This document shows, piece by piece, positions 41,885-56,770 of a stretch of 64,000 bases of DNA (positions within the stretch are counted from its first letter, which is position 1; each line of letters opens with the position of its first letter). The position numbers and the translations under genes were made by a program. The stretch is from NCBI GenBank assembly GCA_964016885.1, contig OZ024744.1, forward strand, positions 87,730,001-87,794,000, given 5' to 3'. Under the pieces are notes generated by a model. The model worked only from the letters and a program-made list of their open reading frames with translations. It had not been told where the DNA came from and did no database searches. The stretch comes from Eledone cirrhosa. Taxonomy: Eukaryota.

Positions 41885-42747
41885 TCTATATATATATAAT
41901 GTTGTATTCCAGTCTGTTTGTTTGTTTGTTCACGAACTCCTCCTATGGTTTTAGAGATAGACCCCATAACCATATATATTCTAAAACTACATTGCCCAGG
42001 GTACTTGGATAAGTATATTTCATTTTAATCAAAGGGTTCCCCGGGGACACAAACCCCTGTTGAAAATGTCTTCCCTTCGACTTATATGTAATTTAAACCA
42101 TAGGTAAATGACAAGATATGATGCATATTCACAACATTTCAGCAAATTTCAATAATATTAAGACACCCAATGGGGATTAAAAGCCCTATTAGGGTTCCTC
42201 GGAGAGACAAACCCCCGCTGAAAATGTTTTTTCCTTTGATTTATATGAAATTTAAACCATAGGTAAATGACAAGATAAGATGCCTATTCACAAAAGTTTT
42301 GAATTGATATTTTGAAAAAAATCATTTACAAGAAACAAAATAAGAATAAGATTTAATAATGTAATTTTGATTTGATATATTACAAAAAATAATTGTTTCT
42401 ACGTTAGGCACAAGGTCAGCAATTACCCAGTGCATTACTGGTACTTTATTTTATCGACCCCGTAAGGATGAAAGGCAAAGTCAACCTCGGCGGTATTTGA
42501 ACTCAGATCGTAAAGGGACGTAACTATGCGGGAAAGCATGGCGTCCGACCCTCTACCGATACTGCCAATCCACCGCCCTATTACAAAAAATAATGTTTTA
42601 CAATTCTTCATGCATTACATTTTACATTGAGTAATATTGAAATGCAGAGTTTTTCTCCATAAATTATATCACTGATTTAAAATCAATCATCATTTTCTTA
42701 CAAAAAAAAATGTGTGAAACGCAGCAAGGCGCGGATAATTCGGCTAG
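41885..42747 (+). mobile_element. Non-autonomous Helitron nested in the MITE
   Basis: A|TCtatatatata...subterminal GC-rich hairpin...CTAG|T. Confidence 0.7.
42394..42578 (-). mobile_element. SINE family 1 with 16-bp TSD
   Basis: tattacaaaaaataat on both sides (42378-42393 and 42579-42594). Confidence 0.92.
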
Positions 42748-42949
42748 TATTATATATAAATATAATAAAATAAAAAATATATATTTCTTTATACATAGTA
42801 TATATTATATTATTTATTATATATAAATTAACGATTTTATTTATTATATATACCGTATTTCTCGGCGCGGAAGACGCTTCGTCCTCGAAGGCGCATCCTA
42901 ATTTTGACAACCAAAAAAAAAAAAAAATAAATAAAATAATAATAATGAT

Positions 42950-43291
42950 TTCATTTATTGGCCAGAAGGGCCGACATGTAGGGTACAATACAAAGACACA
43001 GACAGTGGGAGTTTACAATGGGGTCGAGTAAAAGTGCCCAATGGTAAGACTGATTTAACAAAGAAGATATAAAATATAAAATAAACTATGCATAAATATA
43101 ACAAAATAAATTCCCCTATAGGGGGTGGACAACCCAGAGGTGACTCAGGCACCCCAACAATCCTGAACCACCCTGCGCTTCTAGGGTACCCGGGGAAAGC
43201 ACCCCCCTCCTCCTCACATTAGCTAGCCTATGGGCGCATGTCAGAGAAGGCCCATTCACACAGGCCATTCTCGCCACATTCATCCACTTTT
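42950..43291 (-). mobile_element. 3' fragment of a related L1/Tx1-like LINE
   Basis: agagaaggcccattcac..ggccattctcgccac is shared with the 30.7-kb element; AATAAA end. Confidence 0.75.
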
Positions 43292-43619
43292 ATAATAATT
43301 ATAAACAACCTTCGGCCTCCTGACACGTGGTAGATTTTCAGACTTATTTTAGAAAAAAAAGTAGCTTCTTCGACGCCGGGAAATATAGTAGTTTACAATT
43401 TGTGTATAGGCAAGTCTCTCTGGAAATAGGGTTGGTGGTGGGGTGGGGGTGGGGGTGGGGGTGCTGAGGATATTACGGGGGCCGATGAGGTGGGTGGGCG
43501 GTAGCCCCAAACTTTTGAGAACTTCTGGTCTTGGATTACCAAGAAATGGTGGGGGATTCTAAACGACACCATCACCGCCAACAACAACAACAACAACTAT
43601 ATCAATTATGTGAAGACTA

Positions 43620-43814
43620 TTAATTGTTTCTACTGTTTGGCACAAGGCCAGAATTTATCCCAGTACATTACTGGTACTTTATTTTTTATCGACCACCGCA
43701 AGGATGAAAGGCAAAGTTAACCTCGGCGGTACTTGAAATCAGAATGGCAACGGCCGTAACTCTATACGTCAAAGCATGGCGTCCGGCCCTCTACTGATAC
43801 TGCCAACCCACCGC
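43620..43814 (-). mobile_element. SINE family 1
   Basis: Reverse-complement consensus. Confidence 0.88.
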
Positions 43815-44003
43815 AATTGTGAAGACTAATAATACCAAGTATGATCAAAGATCATCACCATGCCAGGGAATATAAACACTAGAATCTAGTGAGAAGATTC
43901 AACGTCTCCTCACAATACTTGTCCTGTAGTGAGCGCTTTTATGTTCATTCATTGACATGCTATAGAAAAATAGTCGTGGTCGTGGTCGTCGTCGTCGTCG
44001 TCG

Positions 44004-44204
44004 TCTTCTTCTTCTTCTTCTTCTTCTTCTTCTTCTTCTTCTTCTTCTTCTTCTTCTTCTTCTTCTTCTTCTTCTTCTTCTTCTTCTTCTTCTTCTTCTT
44101 CTTCTTCTTCTTCTTCTTCTTCTTCTTCTTCTTCTTCTTCTTCTTCTTCTTCTTCTTCTTCTTCTTCTTCTTCTTCTTCTTCTTGTTCTTCTTCTTCTTC
44201 TTCT
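44004..44204. repeat. (CTT)n microsatellite
   Basis: Direct inspection. Confidence 0.97.
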
Positions 44205-46278
44205 ACATAGATACGCTCTCCATTGTAAGGTATTAAATGATTTAAGAAAACTATTTCGTCATCTGAATTTGTTATGTATACACACACACACACACACACA
44301 CAAAGTCACAGACACGCACATGCACGGACACGCACATGCAGACACACGCACGCGCACGCACACACACATATATGTGTGCGCGCGTGTGTGTGTACGCCAG
44401 TCTACAACACTTTGTGTTTACACACATTATATACATATATATAGAGCGAGAGAGAGACAGACAAACAGGCAAACAGACAGACAGAGTGTCTGTGTGTCTG
44501 TGCGAAAACATATCTCCGGTTCTTTTAAGAAATCTTTCTTTTTTATTCCTGTATTTATTTAACTCCCTGCTGATTTACTGCTTGCGTAAAGGTTCCTAGT
44601 TAAGCGATAAAAAATATTCTTTCGGAAGAGACCAGTTGAATAGCATGTATTTTCCACAATCGCAAAAAGATAAATTGCTCTGAATGTATGTGTGGGTATA
44701 TGTTTACGTATGTGTCTGTGTCTGTGTTTATATCACATAACTTAACAGTTCGACAAAATAAAGATCGATTAAATAATATCAGTCCCATAAAGTATAAGTA
44801 CTGCTGTCGTAATAATGATTGACTAAATCATTTAAGGCGATGCTACTCGAACCCCCCCCCCCCCCCCCCCCCACACACCTCCACCACCACTACCACCACC
44901 AATAACAACCGCCCTCTAATGTCTGAAAGCAGTAAAAGAATAACATAGTAAAATTATTTTATTTACTGTAACTATGTGGTTGTAATGTTGAATCTGATGC
45001 GATATGATGTGGTATTGAATAACGTAAGAGTTAGGATATTGTCATGAATAAAAAATATATAATCAGAATCCTTCCATTTATATATCTTACACTAAATTGC
45101 CCAGTATGTCTTTTTTCTTTTAAAATTGTACTGTGATTAGTCAAATCTGATGTTGTTGACTCAAAATAACCAGTGATCGAACAGATTTAGCCAAAAGCAT
45201 TCGAGCCATGATTCTCTCTTTTTTTATTGAGGCTTTTTTTTATCGCATAATATAGTATCTAATGTATTCTTAATTTATATGATGGTTCGGTGTTATTTTA
45301 TAGAAGATTTGCCTACTATTTCTTCCAAATAGAAGAACTGCGTAGCGGCTCTCAATTTTGTTCGTTGCAACAGGCTGTTGCTATAGTTAAGCTAAACATA
45401 AGTTCCTATCAAATAAAGGCGTATAATCAAAATGGACTCTAGACGCGACAATACAATCTATCTGTAGTTACATTTTTGCTAGAGTGTATCAAGGTTCATA
45501 TCGTCCAATTTGCTGTTTTTAAAACAGTAGAATATGATCTGAAACAGATTTAAATATTATTTCTAGCAAATAGAATGATCATGTAAGTCCCTCAGTTTGC
45601 GATGTATTGAGTCGAGTTCTATTGTCATCTAATTCACAGCAGTAATATACCACTTTAATACATCTATTTGAATATGAGGCAACAGGATAAACATGGTAGA
45701 TCACAATTTCTTTCTAGGTTCACCAGGTTTGAACTTAAAACACAAAGATTTTTAAAAAAGACACCGTAAAACAACTCATCTAACGCTTGAACAATCCCCC
45801 TTGTCCATCGTCCATTAATGAAAGGTAAAATTGATCTGGGCGATGTATGTTTAACATAAAGCGCAGAGAGTCGGAACAGATACCACAGAGGATATATTTC
45901 GAAACTCTAACAACACATCTAACGACTCATATATTGTAAGGATATAAGGATTATAGAGACAGTAGGGTATTACAGACTGTCATTGCAATCTGTGTGGTAG
46001 AATGAAGAAGCGCACTTTAAAATATTTTAGTAAAGATGTTGTTATATCATTTGCTCCCTCGACCTCCGTCGTGTTATATTTTCTTTCGGGTATTTCTATC
46101 ATCTCTTATCTATTACTTCACTTTATTTATGCACGTGCCTTATAATAATACACACGAAAAAGAAAGCGTATAAATAAATCTCCCCTCGCCCGAAAAAATA
46201 CAAGAAATACAGCGCATCGACACATTAGGAAGCTACCAATTATTAATTACCGCGACTCCCATTGCATGTACACATTCA

Positions 46279-46472
46279 GGGCGGTGGATTGGCAGTATCG
46301 GTAGAAGGTCAGACGCCATGCTTTGCAGCATAGAGTTACGGCCCTTTGTGTTTTGAGTTCAAATACCGCCGAGATTAACTTTGCCTTTCATCCTTACGGG
46401 GTCGATAAAATAAAGTACCAGTAATGCACTGGGATAATTGCTGGTCTTGTGCCAAAAGTAGAAACAAGTATT
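46279..46472 (+). mobile_element. SINE family 1
   Basis: Full consensus. Confidence 0.9.
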
Positions 46473-46551
46473 ACATATATGCATACATCCACACTCATGC
46501 ACACACAAACAGAAGTACATATTATATATATATATGTGTGTGTGTGTATGC

Positions 46552-46583
<32 letters not shown>

Positions 46584-46587
46584 GCAT

Positions 46588-46652
<65 letters not shown>

Positions 46653-47185
46653 CACATATATATATATTTATATATATATGTATGTATATATATATGAGTA
46701 AGTGTGTGTGTTTGCGTGTATATCTATGTGTATGTAAGTGTAGGCACACACATACAGATGTGCACTGATACAGGCACAGACACATGCATGTATGATGTAT
46801 GTATGTCTAAAGCGGTGAATCAAAACAAAAATAATGAATAGATAAGTAATAATATGAAACAGAATCCAGCTACTATCAACACTGTTTATTTTATTCTCTA
46901 CTAAACGCGAAAGATGATCATGTGATCACTAGAAAATGTGTCGTTATGTTTGAGACGGCACTCTTATAGTGTTTTTGTTTGTATTTTTGTCATTTTTTGT
47001 TGTTGTTTTTTTTATTTCCATAAAACCGTTAAGGTATATGTGGAATGACGAAAATGAAAACATCTCCGATATGCAGTTTGGAGTTAGTGTATGTTACGTT
47101 CAGGGTTAGAAATAGGGTTTGAGGTTTGGGTTAGGGTTAAGTGCTTGGTTTTAGATTAGGATTTCTTTGTCAACTCATATATAAT

Positions 47186-47297
<112 letters not shown>

Positions 47298-47310
47298 GTA
47301 TATATACATA

Positions 47311-47899
47311 TCTATATATATAAAACTGGGGATGTCTGTCTGTGTGTGTGTGAGTTTGAATACTTAAAACTAGAGAACCACCCAACCGACTCTTTTCAAA
47401 TTTTACACATGTAATACTTATGTTTCAGTGAGTCTTCTGAGCAAAAACAATTTCAAATTTTCAATGCCCTAGGGACCGTATTAGGCGATTTAGCGATATA
47501 TCTCTATAATTCTTAATCTTTCTCTTTTTAGATAGATACATTCATATAACGTCGCGCCCTTAAAATATCTGTGTATGTCTGGTGTCTGCATTACGTCATC
47601 TCGTACAATTCGCTCAGCGTCCAGAACGCGCCCTTATAATATCTGTCTGTATGTCTGGCTGTCTGCTGCCTCCGGTTATTCTGCCACCCTGGCCCAAGAC
47701 AAATCTCACACTCATTCCCCAAACAGATGGTAAGTGCACACAACTTCTTCCTCACATTTTAAGCCACAGTGTTGCTTACTTACGTACAATCAGGCCCTTA
47801 CTTCTTTGCCAGCCGTGGTTGTGGCAATACTAAGCTTAGCTAAGGCGGTTATATATTTCACAATACCTTATCCCGCGCAACGCCGGGTACCACTGCTAG
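47311..47899 (+). mobile_element. Non-autonomous Helitron
   Basis: A|TC start, 3' hairpin cccgcgcaacgccggg, CTAG|T end. Confidence 0.85.
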
Positions 47900-47925
47900 T
47901 ATATATATATATATATGTGAATATA

Positions 47926-47975
<50 letters not shown>

Positions 47976-47981
47976 TATATG

Positions 47982-48058
<77 letters not shown>

Positions 48059-48399
48059 AATTTAATTAAGGGTGTCAGAGAGACATGCGCCATATCCACT
48101 GTAAAATATGTTCCAAGATTCCAATGAATAGATCCGAGCATTTTATATCAACTAGAAATTGATTGAGACATATATATATATCTAAAATAAACATATGAAA
48201 CAATCACAGGGGATAATTTGTAAAAGTGTCTAAGCACACATAGCTATGTGCTTACACATCAAATTCAAATCTCTGACTAACTATTAGCACGTGATGCATT
48301 TAATACAAATACACACATCGCCCCAGTGGCGTAAATAGGGTTATTATCTGTGTGTGCTTACACACATTTACAGATTATCTTCTGTGATTGTTTCATATG

Positions 48400-48452
<53 letters not shown>

Positions 48453-49023
48453 ATTATATATATATATATGTCAATCAATTTCTAGTTGATATAAAATGCT
48501 CGGATCTATTCATTGGAATGCTGGAGCATATTTTACAGTGGATTTGGCGCATGTCTCTCTCTGACATGACACCCTTAATTTAATTTAAATTTGGGATATA
48601 TATAAATACGGCCCCTTAATTGTAGAGCTAACTCAGTTGAAAGGACTTGACTGCTATTTCTAATTGTCGATAACCCTATTCACGCCATTGGGACGAAGCT
48701 GTATTAAATGCAACACCTGCTAATAGTTAGTCACAGATTTGAATTTGATGTCTAAACACAGATAATTAAGTCGTCTCCTTGTTGAAAATCTAGGATCTAG
48801 CTACTGTCGTTTACCAATCGATTAATTGGTGAAATATATTTTTTTCATGAAATATGTACAAGGAAGATTAATCAAATTATAAGGTATCTATTTATGAAGT
48901 TCTAGTTAAACTTTAATTAGTTACCCACACATCTATGTGTTCTTACACACTTTTACAGATTATCCCCTGTGATTGTTTCATATGTTTATTTTAGATATAT
49001 ATATATCTCAATCAATTTCTAGT

Positions 49024-49078
<55 letters not shown>

Positions 49079-49289
49079 AATGTGTGTGTGTGTGTGTGTG
49101 TATAAGTTAAGGAGATATCGTTTAATGTAATCCAAGTAGAGGTTATGATTACTCTGTATCGAGGATAGTTTTAACGTTCGGCGTTGTTTGACTCAACAAG
49201 AAGTTTCCTTAGTTGGGTGGCCGATATATATATATATATATACATACAGAAACACACGCACACACATACATGTATATATATATATGTGC

Positions 49290-49339
<50 letters not shown>

Positions 49340-49548
49340 GATATATATATATATATAGAGAGAGAGAGAGGGGGAGAGAGCGGAGTTTGGGAAATGAATC
49401 CTGTGAATTGGAAGAGGAATTTTTTTAAGTCTCTTCTATTGAGATCTATTCTCCATAATATTCAATCCTTAGAAGTGAAATTTGATTACACCTTGGCTAA
49501 TTGTCAGCCCTCATTCGTTGCCAATGACGACGCGCCGATGCTCTAATC

Positions 49549-49737
49549 CAGAGCTTCTCAAAGTGGGCGTCATCACCCCCGCCGAGAGTCATTGAGAAGG
49601 TCCAGGGGACGCTGGGGCCTAAGGGGACAGTGGCTGACTGTAGAGATGATTTTATAGTATATTAAATATCAAATGATACATATTATATATATAAATATAG
49701 TAAAAATAAAAAAAATCTATAATATTTATTCATACGT

Positions 49738-49776
<39 letters not shown>

Positions 49777-49913
49777 TATTATATATAAATTAACGATTTT
49801 ATTTATTATATATTATTTACAATAAAATTTTTGGAAATAGGGGTGGTGGCGCTGAGTGTATTACATGGGGGCCGTGAAGGGAGGGGCGGGACCAAGAAGT
49901 TTGAGAACCTCTA
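49549..49913 (+). mobile_element. hAT-like MITE with perfect 8-bp TSD
   Basis: ctctaatc|cagagcttctcaaa...tttgagaacctcta|ctctaatc. Confidence 0.88.
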
Positions 49914-50829
49914 CTCTAATCCATGAGTGAACACATATGTGCACGTTCAAACCGACTTAGTATCTACATATTCTTGGACATATTCACCACATTTACATAA
50001 GTGTCATGAACCTTGATTATTGTTGATTATATTTTCCTTTTTATCCTGTTCTGATAATACCAACTATTTTCCGTCTGTTCGTTTCTAGTATTGTGTGTGC
50101 TAGTATTTATTTCTCACCATTAGCTATAGATAACCGCCAGCTTAATTCATAGTTTACCAGCTATTCGTATTGAAGCTGAGGTATCATGTAGTACTGTTTC
50201 ATCATATGTTTGAGATGATCCCTGTATCTCTTCCTTTAGTTGTAGGTTTGTAACTCGGAAAACAATTTTGCATTAGGAAGTTGTATGCCGAATATACGTA
50301 CAAGGAAAACCCTGCTTCCTATTTTCATCTGCAATTAGGTTACCATATGTTCAATACAGTTGCCTTTAGCTTCGCAATAAGATTCCTTTGCTGGCCTCTT
50401 TCTCAAGCTACTTTCGTATTTGTATGCACAGTAGTACTATTTGCAAGGAGGTTTCATATTGAGTTTTGTATTTTTTAAATAGGGTAAAAATTATTCGAAA
50501 ATAGTTGAGATCAGGGAGCCCCATTACTTTCTTTACAACCAATTTGACTGTGGCACATAATCACTTTTTTTTATAGAACCTTAAGTTGAATTGATTTTGC
50601 CGTAGTCTCTTCTCTATTTTTGGTCTATCGAGGTGATGTTTGTTATGTAAGTTCCTAAGTATCTGCAGCACTCAATGGATTGCAATATGATGGTGACGCA
50701 ATGGATATAATATTTATTTTTCTTATCCTGTGGCAGAGTAAAAAATTCAAAAGCTTAACTTTCCTGCTGCATACACTTGCATCATTCAAGGAAGAATATA
50801 TCGTCCGTTTTTGTTTTGCATCGTTTATG

Positions 50830-51135
50830 ATTTGCACATGAGGGGTGTCAAGCGCATTCTCCACATCCGATGGCAGAAATAGGTGCTAAACACAGTGGTC
50901 TTGGAATGTGCAAAGATGGACGGCATGTTAGTCATTCTAAGCAAGAGGCGCCGTTGGCTTGGCCATGCTAGGAAAATGGCCTCGAGTGGCATTCCGAAAG
51001 ACATTGTTGTACGGCGAACTGACTTTAGGTTCACCACTTGCGGGACGGCCACGCCTGCATAATATAGATGTCTGTAAGGAAAACATGAAACTCTGCAACA
51101 TAATCACCACCACATGAAAACGATGTGCAGGTGAC
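50830..51135 (+). mobile_element. RTE-like LINE C-terminal fragment
   Basis: ILSKRRRWLGHARKMASSGIPKDI matches the RW.GH..RM...PK motif. Confidence 0.78.
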
Positions 51136-51347
51136 CGTATATATATATAAAAACATATATTTGTATATATATATATATATATATATATACATACATATAT
51201 ATACATTTTGAGTATATGTTGGTTGTTTACCGACACCTCAGTATGCAGAATGGAGCACTCGACGAAGTACGCAGGTTGGTTTACACCGGAGTAATGTAAA
51301 ATAATTAAGTCAAATATTTAAAATTTGGCTTCGTTTATTAAAGATAT

Positions 51348-51402
51348 ACTGCTATATATATTTCGGTGACAGCCATCATTGGCTGTGACCTCTTCAGGCA
51401 GT
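51348..51402 (-). ncRNA. Type I hammerhead ribozyme
   Basis: Reverse complement: actgc CTGAAGA ggtcacagcca-atga-tggctgtcacc GAAA tatata TA gcagt. Confidence 0.9.
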
Positions 51403-51479
51403 CCGAAAACCAACCCAAACCAAACATTGAGTGTGTTCTATTATTATTTCTGGTAATATTATAACAATATGACCCACTC

Positions 51480-51551
<72 letters not shown>

Positions 51552-51999
51552 CATTTACATCTGTATTGTTATCTCAAAATGAGCAATTATAATAGTAATC
51601 AATCCGTCCAAATAGTAGTTGAGGAAAATCAAGTAATTTACAACAGGAGACATTACAACACTGGAGAGTATCACTGCCAGTAATTGAACCGCGCATCTCT
51701 TAGATGTCGGACAAGTGCTTGAACCATTAGGATAAGGGTTCGTTGACCATAATGGATTGATTGTTATTATTGTCATTTATATTTGGGTACTATAACATTT
51801 TTTTCAATTTATCTTAAGTGAAACGAATGTTCACACTAATGGCACCAGGGTGATATGAATTTTGTGTTCCCTCATACAAGACGAACACATTCATATATAT
51901 ATATAGTAGAAGAGGTAAATAGCCGAATATATCCACTCTGCATCATACCATGCATCGAGTACTTCTTTAGTGCGTAGTCTTCTTGGTTCCGGTACCTCA

Positions 52000-52073
<74 letters not shown>

Positions 52074-52175
52074 TTCTCTCTCTCTCTCTCTCTCACTTTC
52101 TCTCTCTCTCTCTCTGTCTCTATCTCTCTCTATCTCTCTCTCACTTTCTCTCTCACTCTCTCTCTCTCTCTCTCA

Positions 52176-52221
<46 letters not shown>

Positions 52222-52222
52222 G

Positions 52223-52295
<73 letters not shown>

Positions 52296-52434
52296 TCAAA
52301 TATATGCAAACGTATTTACATACACATATGCACATGCACATATATATACATATATGCATTCGCATATGCTTGCAAACTATACATATACATATATCCATAC
52401 ATATATAATACACATATATATATACACACATATA

Positions 52435-52477
<43 letters not shown>

Positions 52478-52481
52478 ATAT

Positions 52482-52577
<96 letters not shown>

Positions 52578-52987
52578 ACATACATACAAAATACATACAT
52601 ACACGCATACACGCACACATACATACATGCATACGAAATACATTCTCACATCAAGTCCATTACTTAAGCAGTTCAACATCACCAGCATCACTAACATCGG
52701 TACCAGTAGCAACGCTTTACCACTTCAGTCCCAGACTGATGGGGCGCCAAATGCCAAAACATAATATAAAACAAAACATAAGAAAATAAGAAAAATCTAA
52801 ACATAAAAAAAACAACAACGAGGGCACTAATAATAATAATAATAATGCATTCTTGGAGAACAAAACAGCTAATGTCAGTTTGTCTGTTGCGTCAATTTAA
52901 GTCCCCTGCCTCGGCGATGTCAAAACATGGCTGCCCAGTTACCAGATTGAATTAAATGATGTTTAGTTCCAGACCGTCTGTATTTAA

Positions 52988-53033
<46 letters not shown>

Positions 53034-53682
53034 GCATAGAGAGAGGCGCTTGTCTACACACACACACGCACGCACATGTAATTGTGTATTTGTGTAAGAT
53101 TGTGTGTTTGTATGAGTGTGTGTTTGGGTGTGTGAGAATGTATAGACAAAGGGGCGTACACCAAGTATCTATGAATGAATGAATATTCAGGCAAGTTAGT
53201 CGCTCTTTGGACAGGCAGTCGTGGAATTCCCTGTCGCATACCGTCCGCTCTGGATACATTAGTACATCTGGACAGGTGACCGAGCGATTGTAATTGATAC
53301 AGGCCACCAGCATAGTTCTTTGGTACGAGAAACTTAGACAACTGGAATACACACACAAAAAACAAAAGAAAAAAAATGGCTGGAAGGTAGAGAATAAAAC
53401 AAACATGTAAATAAGATAAAATGAATATATAAAATTAAATAAAGAGACCTGAAAAAGAAAAAAAAAAGATGGGGGAGATCACATTCCACGGAAATATCAC
53501 CGTGTAGACATTTTATCACGGTTTGGTATTGAATGACTTACTTAAAGAATTTGTATATTAGTGTTTCTTTGTTTTTGTTTTCCTTTTCCATCTCACTTTT
53601 GATGAGGTTCGTTTCATTGTTAAGCTCCCATACGTTTACCTACATCATTAAATATAAGCATACGCACGCGCTCACACACACA

Positions 53683-53759
<77 letters not shown>

Positions 53760-55637
53760 CTCTCTTTCCCCTTCTCCCCCTCACTACTACCTGTCGAAAC
53801 CAACAGATGAAGCCAATAATTTAAACTGCTACCACCTCTGTTGGTCAACAATAACAGAGAACGAAAGAAAACTTCGGACAAAAATATGAACTTTCCTCTC
53901 TAAATATGGATGTAATAACTAAAATCATTTTTCTCCATTTTATTATTATTCGTATAAATATGCAATTTAACTGCACTATACACTTTCGCCGTTGAAAAAG
54001 CATATAAAGCTGAAAATAGTACACGATTTAATGTGGAAATCCCTACTTTGTAAATAAATGTTTTGATATTATACTGAAAAAAATCCCTCCAGCATATTCT
54101 ACTGTATTTTTTTTTTACTATTTACTATTTGTTTATATATATATATATATACATATATATGTGTGTTTGTGTGTGCGTGTGTGTGATCGTGAATTTGTTT
54201 GTGTATAGGTGTGTCTGTGTGTTAACGATGTGTGAGACAAAATTTCTGACGGGAGCACGCTGCATAAAGTGTATACGAAAAAGTTAGTCTGGCTGATTTG
54301 GAGTGCGGGGAAAAATCTCAATCAAGTGAGACTTCCCCCGCAATGTCATGGCCGAAACTTGCTTTAACGGTGATCGATCGTAAAAGCAAGATAATCCCTA
54401 CAGCATTGACATATCAAATCTTTCTAAGACAATGCAGCAGTGTGAGTGGACCTCGTCTATAAGCTGAATGTTTTAATAGAAGGGACATGTTCGGATCTTC
54501 TAAGATCTTCTGGGTGATGAATATTCTCTTTGCAAGTTCGAATGTCTAACATATGTCAGATATAGATATAGCAAAAAATGTAAAGAGTCAATTCCTAGAT
54601 AATGTTTACGAACAAAGTGTAAGACAATAAATGCTTGAGCAGAACACTCTGCAGAACGTATGTATATGCAAATAGAGTCTTGCTGGGAAGTGGAGAAAAT
54701 CTCCAATCAAGCGAGGCTATCCACCCATTTATTTATAAGACAGAAACTGTTTTTACAGTGCACATATATTATATATTTACATTTACTATTATATAGAATC
54801 ACAGTGACATACATTCATTGCGTAATGTTCTGTTCTGCAATGATGAAGCTCACAGCCGTACTTTATTACATAACTCTACATAACAATATGGCTTAACTCT
54901 TAAGATATCTGCATTCTGATTCATATGAAACATTAAATGGTTTAAAACAAAAATCTGTCGTGAAAAGAAGCGTGGGTGGGGGTTTCAATTTGGTTACGTA
55001 ATAAAAACCGTCACGCTGATCTTGTTTCCTGATTTTATTATATTTTTGTGATCCTATTTCATACCTATTGGTTGTTGACACCCAATCCTAAAAATGCTAG
55101 AAACAATTTGTGAAACGTTCTTTGGCTGGGTGGACACTGTTTCATCTTGGATACCAAACGATGCTCATGAAGTGCTGAATATAGTTTTCACCAGGATTAA
55201 ATACAATCTAGTAAAGTTAAATATACAATTATATATTAGATTTTAAAAAAATGTCTTAACTCGTAAACAATACAATCAGAAATCACCAAGCCAACTTTAT
55301 ACTAACACAGATATACCAGTTGTAAGACATTATTCCCATTACTTATCTCAGTTATCATTTATATTTCTTGGCTCTTATATTCTGTAAGCTAACCACCGAC
55401 ACGCATTAGTTACTAGTACGGGAGAGACAGACATAATTACGCTGCGTATGTATTTGTATATGTACGATGTAGGGTCGGAAGGGCGAGAAGATAAAAAAAA
55501 TCAGGTAGAACTCAAGTCACGTCGTTTAAGTACAGAATATTCATAGAAATTGAGTAAAATCCCAACGGAGAACCACGGCCGCTGTCGTGTGAATGATTCA
55601 TAAACACACACACATGCACAAACACCTATGTATATTA

Positions 55638-56273
55638 CCTATATATATAAAACTGAGGATGTCTGTGTGTGTGTGTGAGTTTGAATCCCTAAAACTCGAG
55701 AAGTACTCAACCGATTTTTTCAAACTTTACATGTATATTACTTTTGTTTCAGTGTGTTTTGCACATAAAACAATTCAACTTTTTGATCCCTTAGAGCATT
55801 AGGTGAAAAACTGCGTTTTTTCAGGTTTTTAGGGGGTTTTTGAGGCGTTACGTCAGACTGATTTCCTTGAAATTGTAACTATGTATTAGTCAGTCTCTTC
55901 TTCATACGGTGAGCAAAGAAAATCCAACTAATTTTTATGGTCTAGGGCCTGCATTAGGTGAAAAACTTACTTCTTTTCAGCTTTTTAGGGCTTTTTTGAG
56001 GCCTTACATCTAGCCGATTTTCCTGAAATTTCAAGGCATATTTTGCACATAAAAAAAATTCATTTTCTTGATCCCCCAGGGCCCGCATTAGGTGAAAACC
56101 TGCACTTTTCCCACTTCATCGAGGAAAATCTTAAATATTATCCAGCCATCAAGTATTCGGTTTATTTTCTTTACATATTGTCCAGGCATGCAGTTTTTCC
56201 ACGATTTTGTCTGTTGGCGGCCCGCGTTCCAATATACCTTATCCCGAGCAACGCTGGGTACCATATATACGGA
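55638..56273 (+). mobile_element. Non-autonomous Helitron related to the 47311 copy
   Basis: Shared 5' aaaactg.ggatgtctgt and 3' ccttatcccg.gcaacgc.gggtacca. Confidence 0.78.
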
Positions 56274-56695
56274 AAGCCGGGTATATATATAAGGAAAGCA
56301 CAAACAGGGGACAATCCCTTCTTCAATTGTCTGCTGGATATCACGGAAATTTCAACGCATTAAATGTCGCTGATCTCCAACAGACAGCTGAAAAAGTGAC
56401 TGTACCCCGTTTGTGCATTTCTTTTATTTTTAAATACACTTTATCAAGTAACTACACAGCTCCCTGTTTCTTCCAAATGTATATATATAACGAAGGAGGT
56501 GTGGTAAGGAACCAGATGGACCATAACGCACCAGAGTACTCAATACTTAGGGTTCGGCTATTTATTTACCACGCTAAAAGTTCTAATTTAGTCCAGAAAT
56601 AGCCGTCGAAACCGCTTGAGCTCTGCCATCGGGGGTTAAACATTTTCCTATATATATATAGTGAAAGAGTGAAAAATAAATATTGGTCGACTGTC

Positions 56696-56770
<75 letters not shown>

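Larger units (their letters stand above)
41717..43527 (+). mobile_element. hAT-like MITE expanded by nested insertions
   Basis: Ends caccgattctcaa and ttgagaacttctg; imperfect 8-bp TSD gtctaaga/gtcttgga; body homologous to 49549-49913. Confidence 0.7.

Noticed and set aside
47101-47160. Telomere-like TTAGGG repeats
   Set aside because: Only a few degenerate units.
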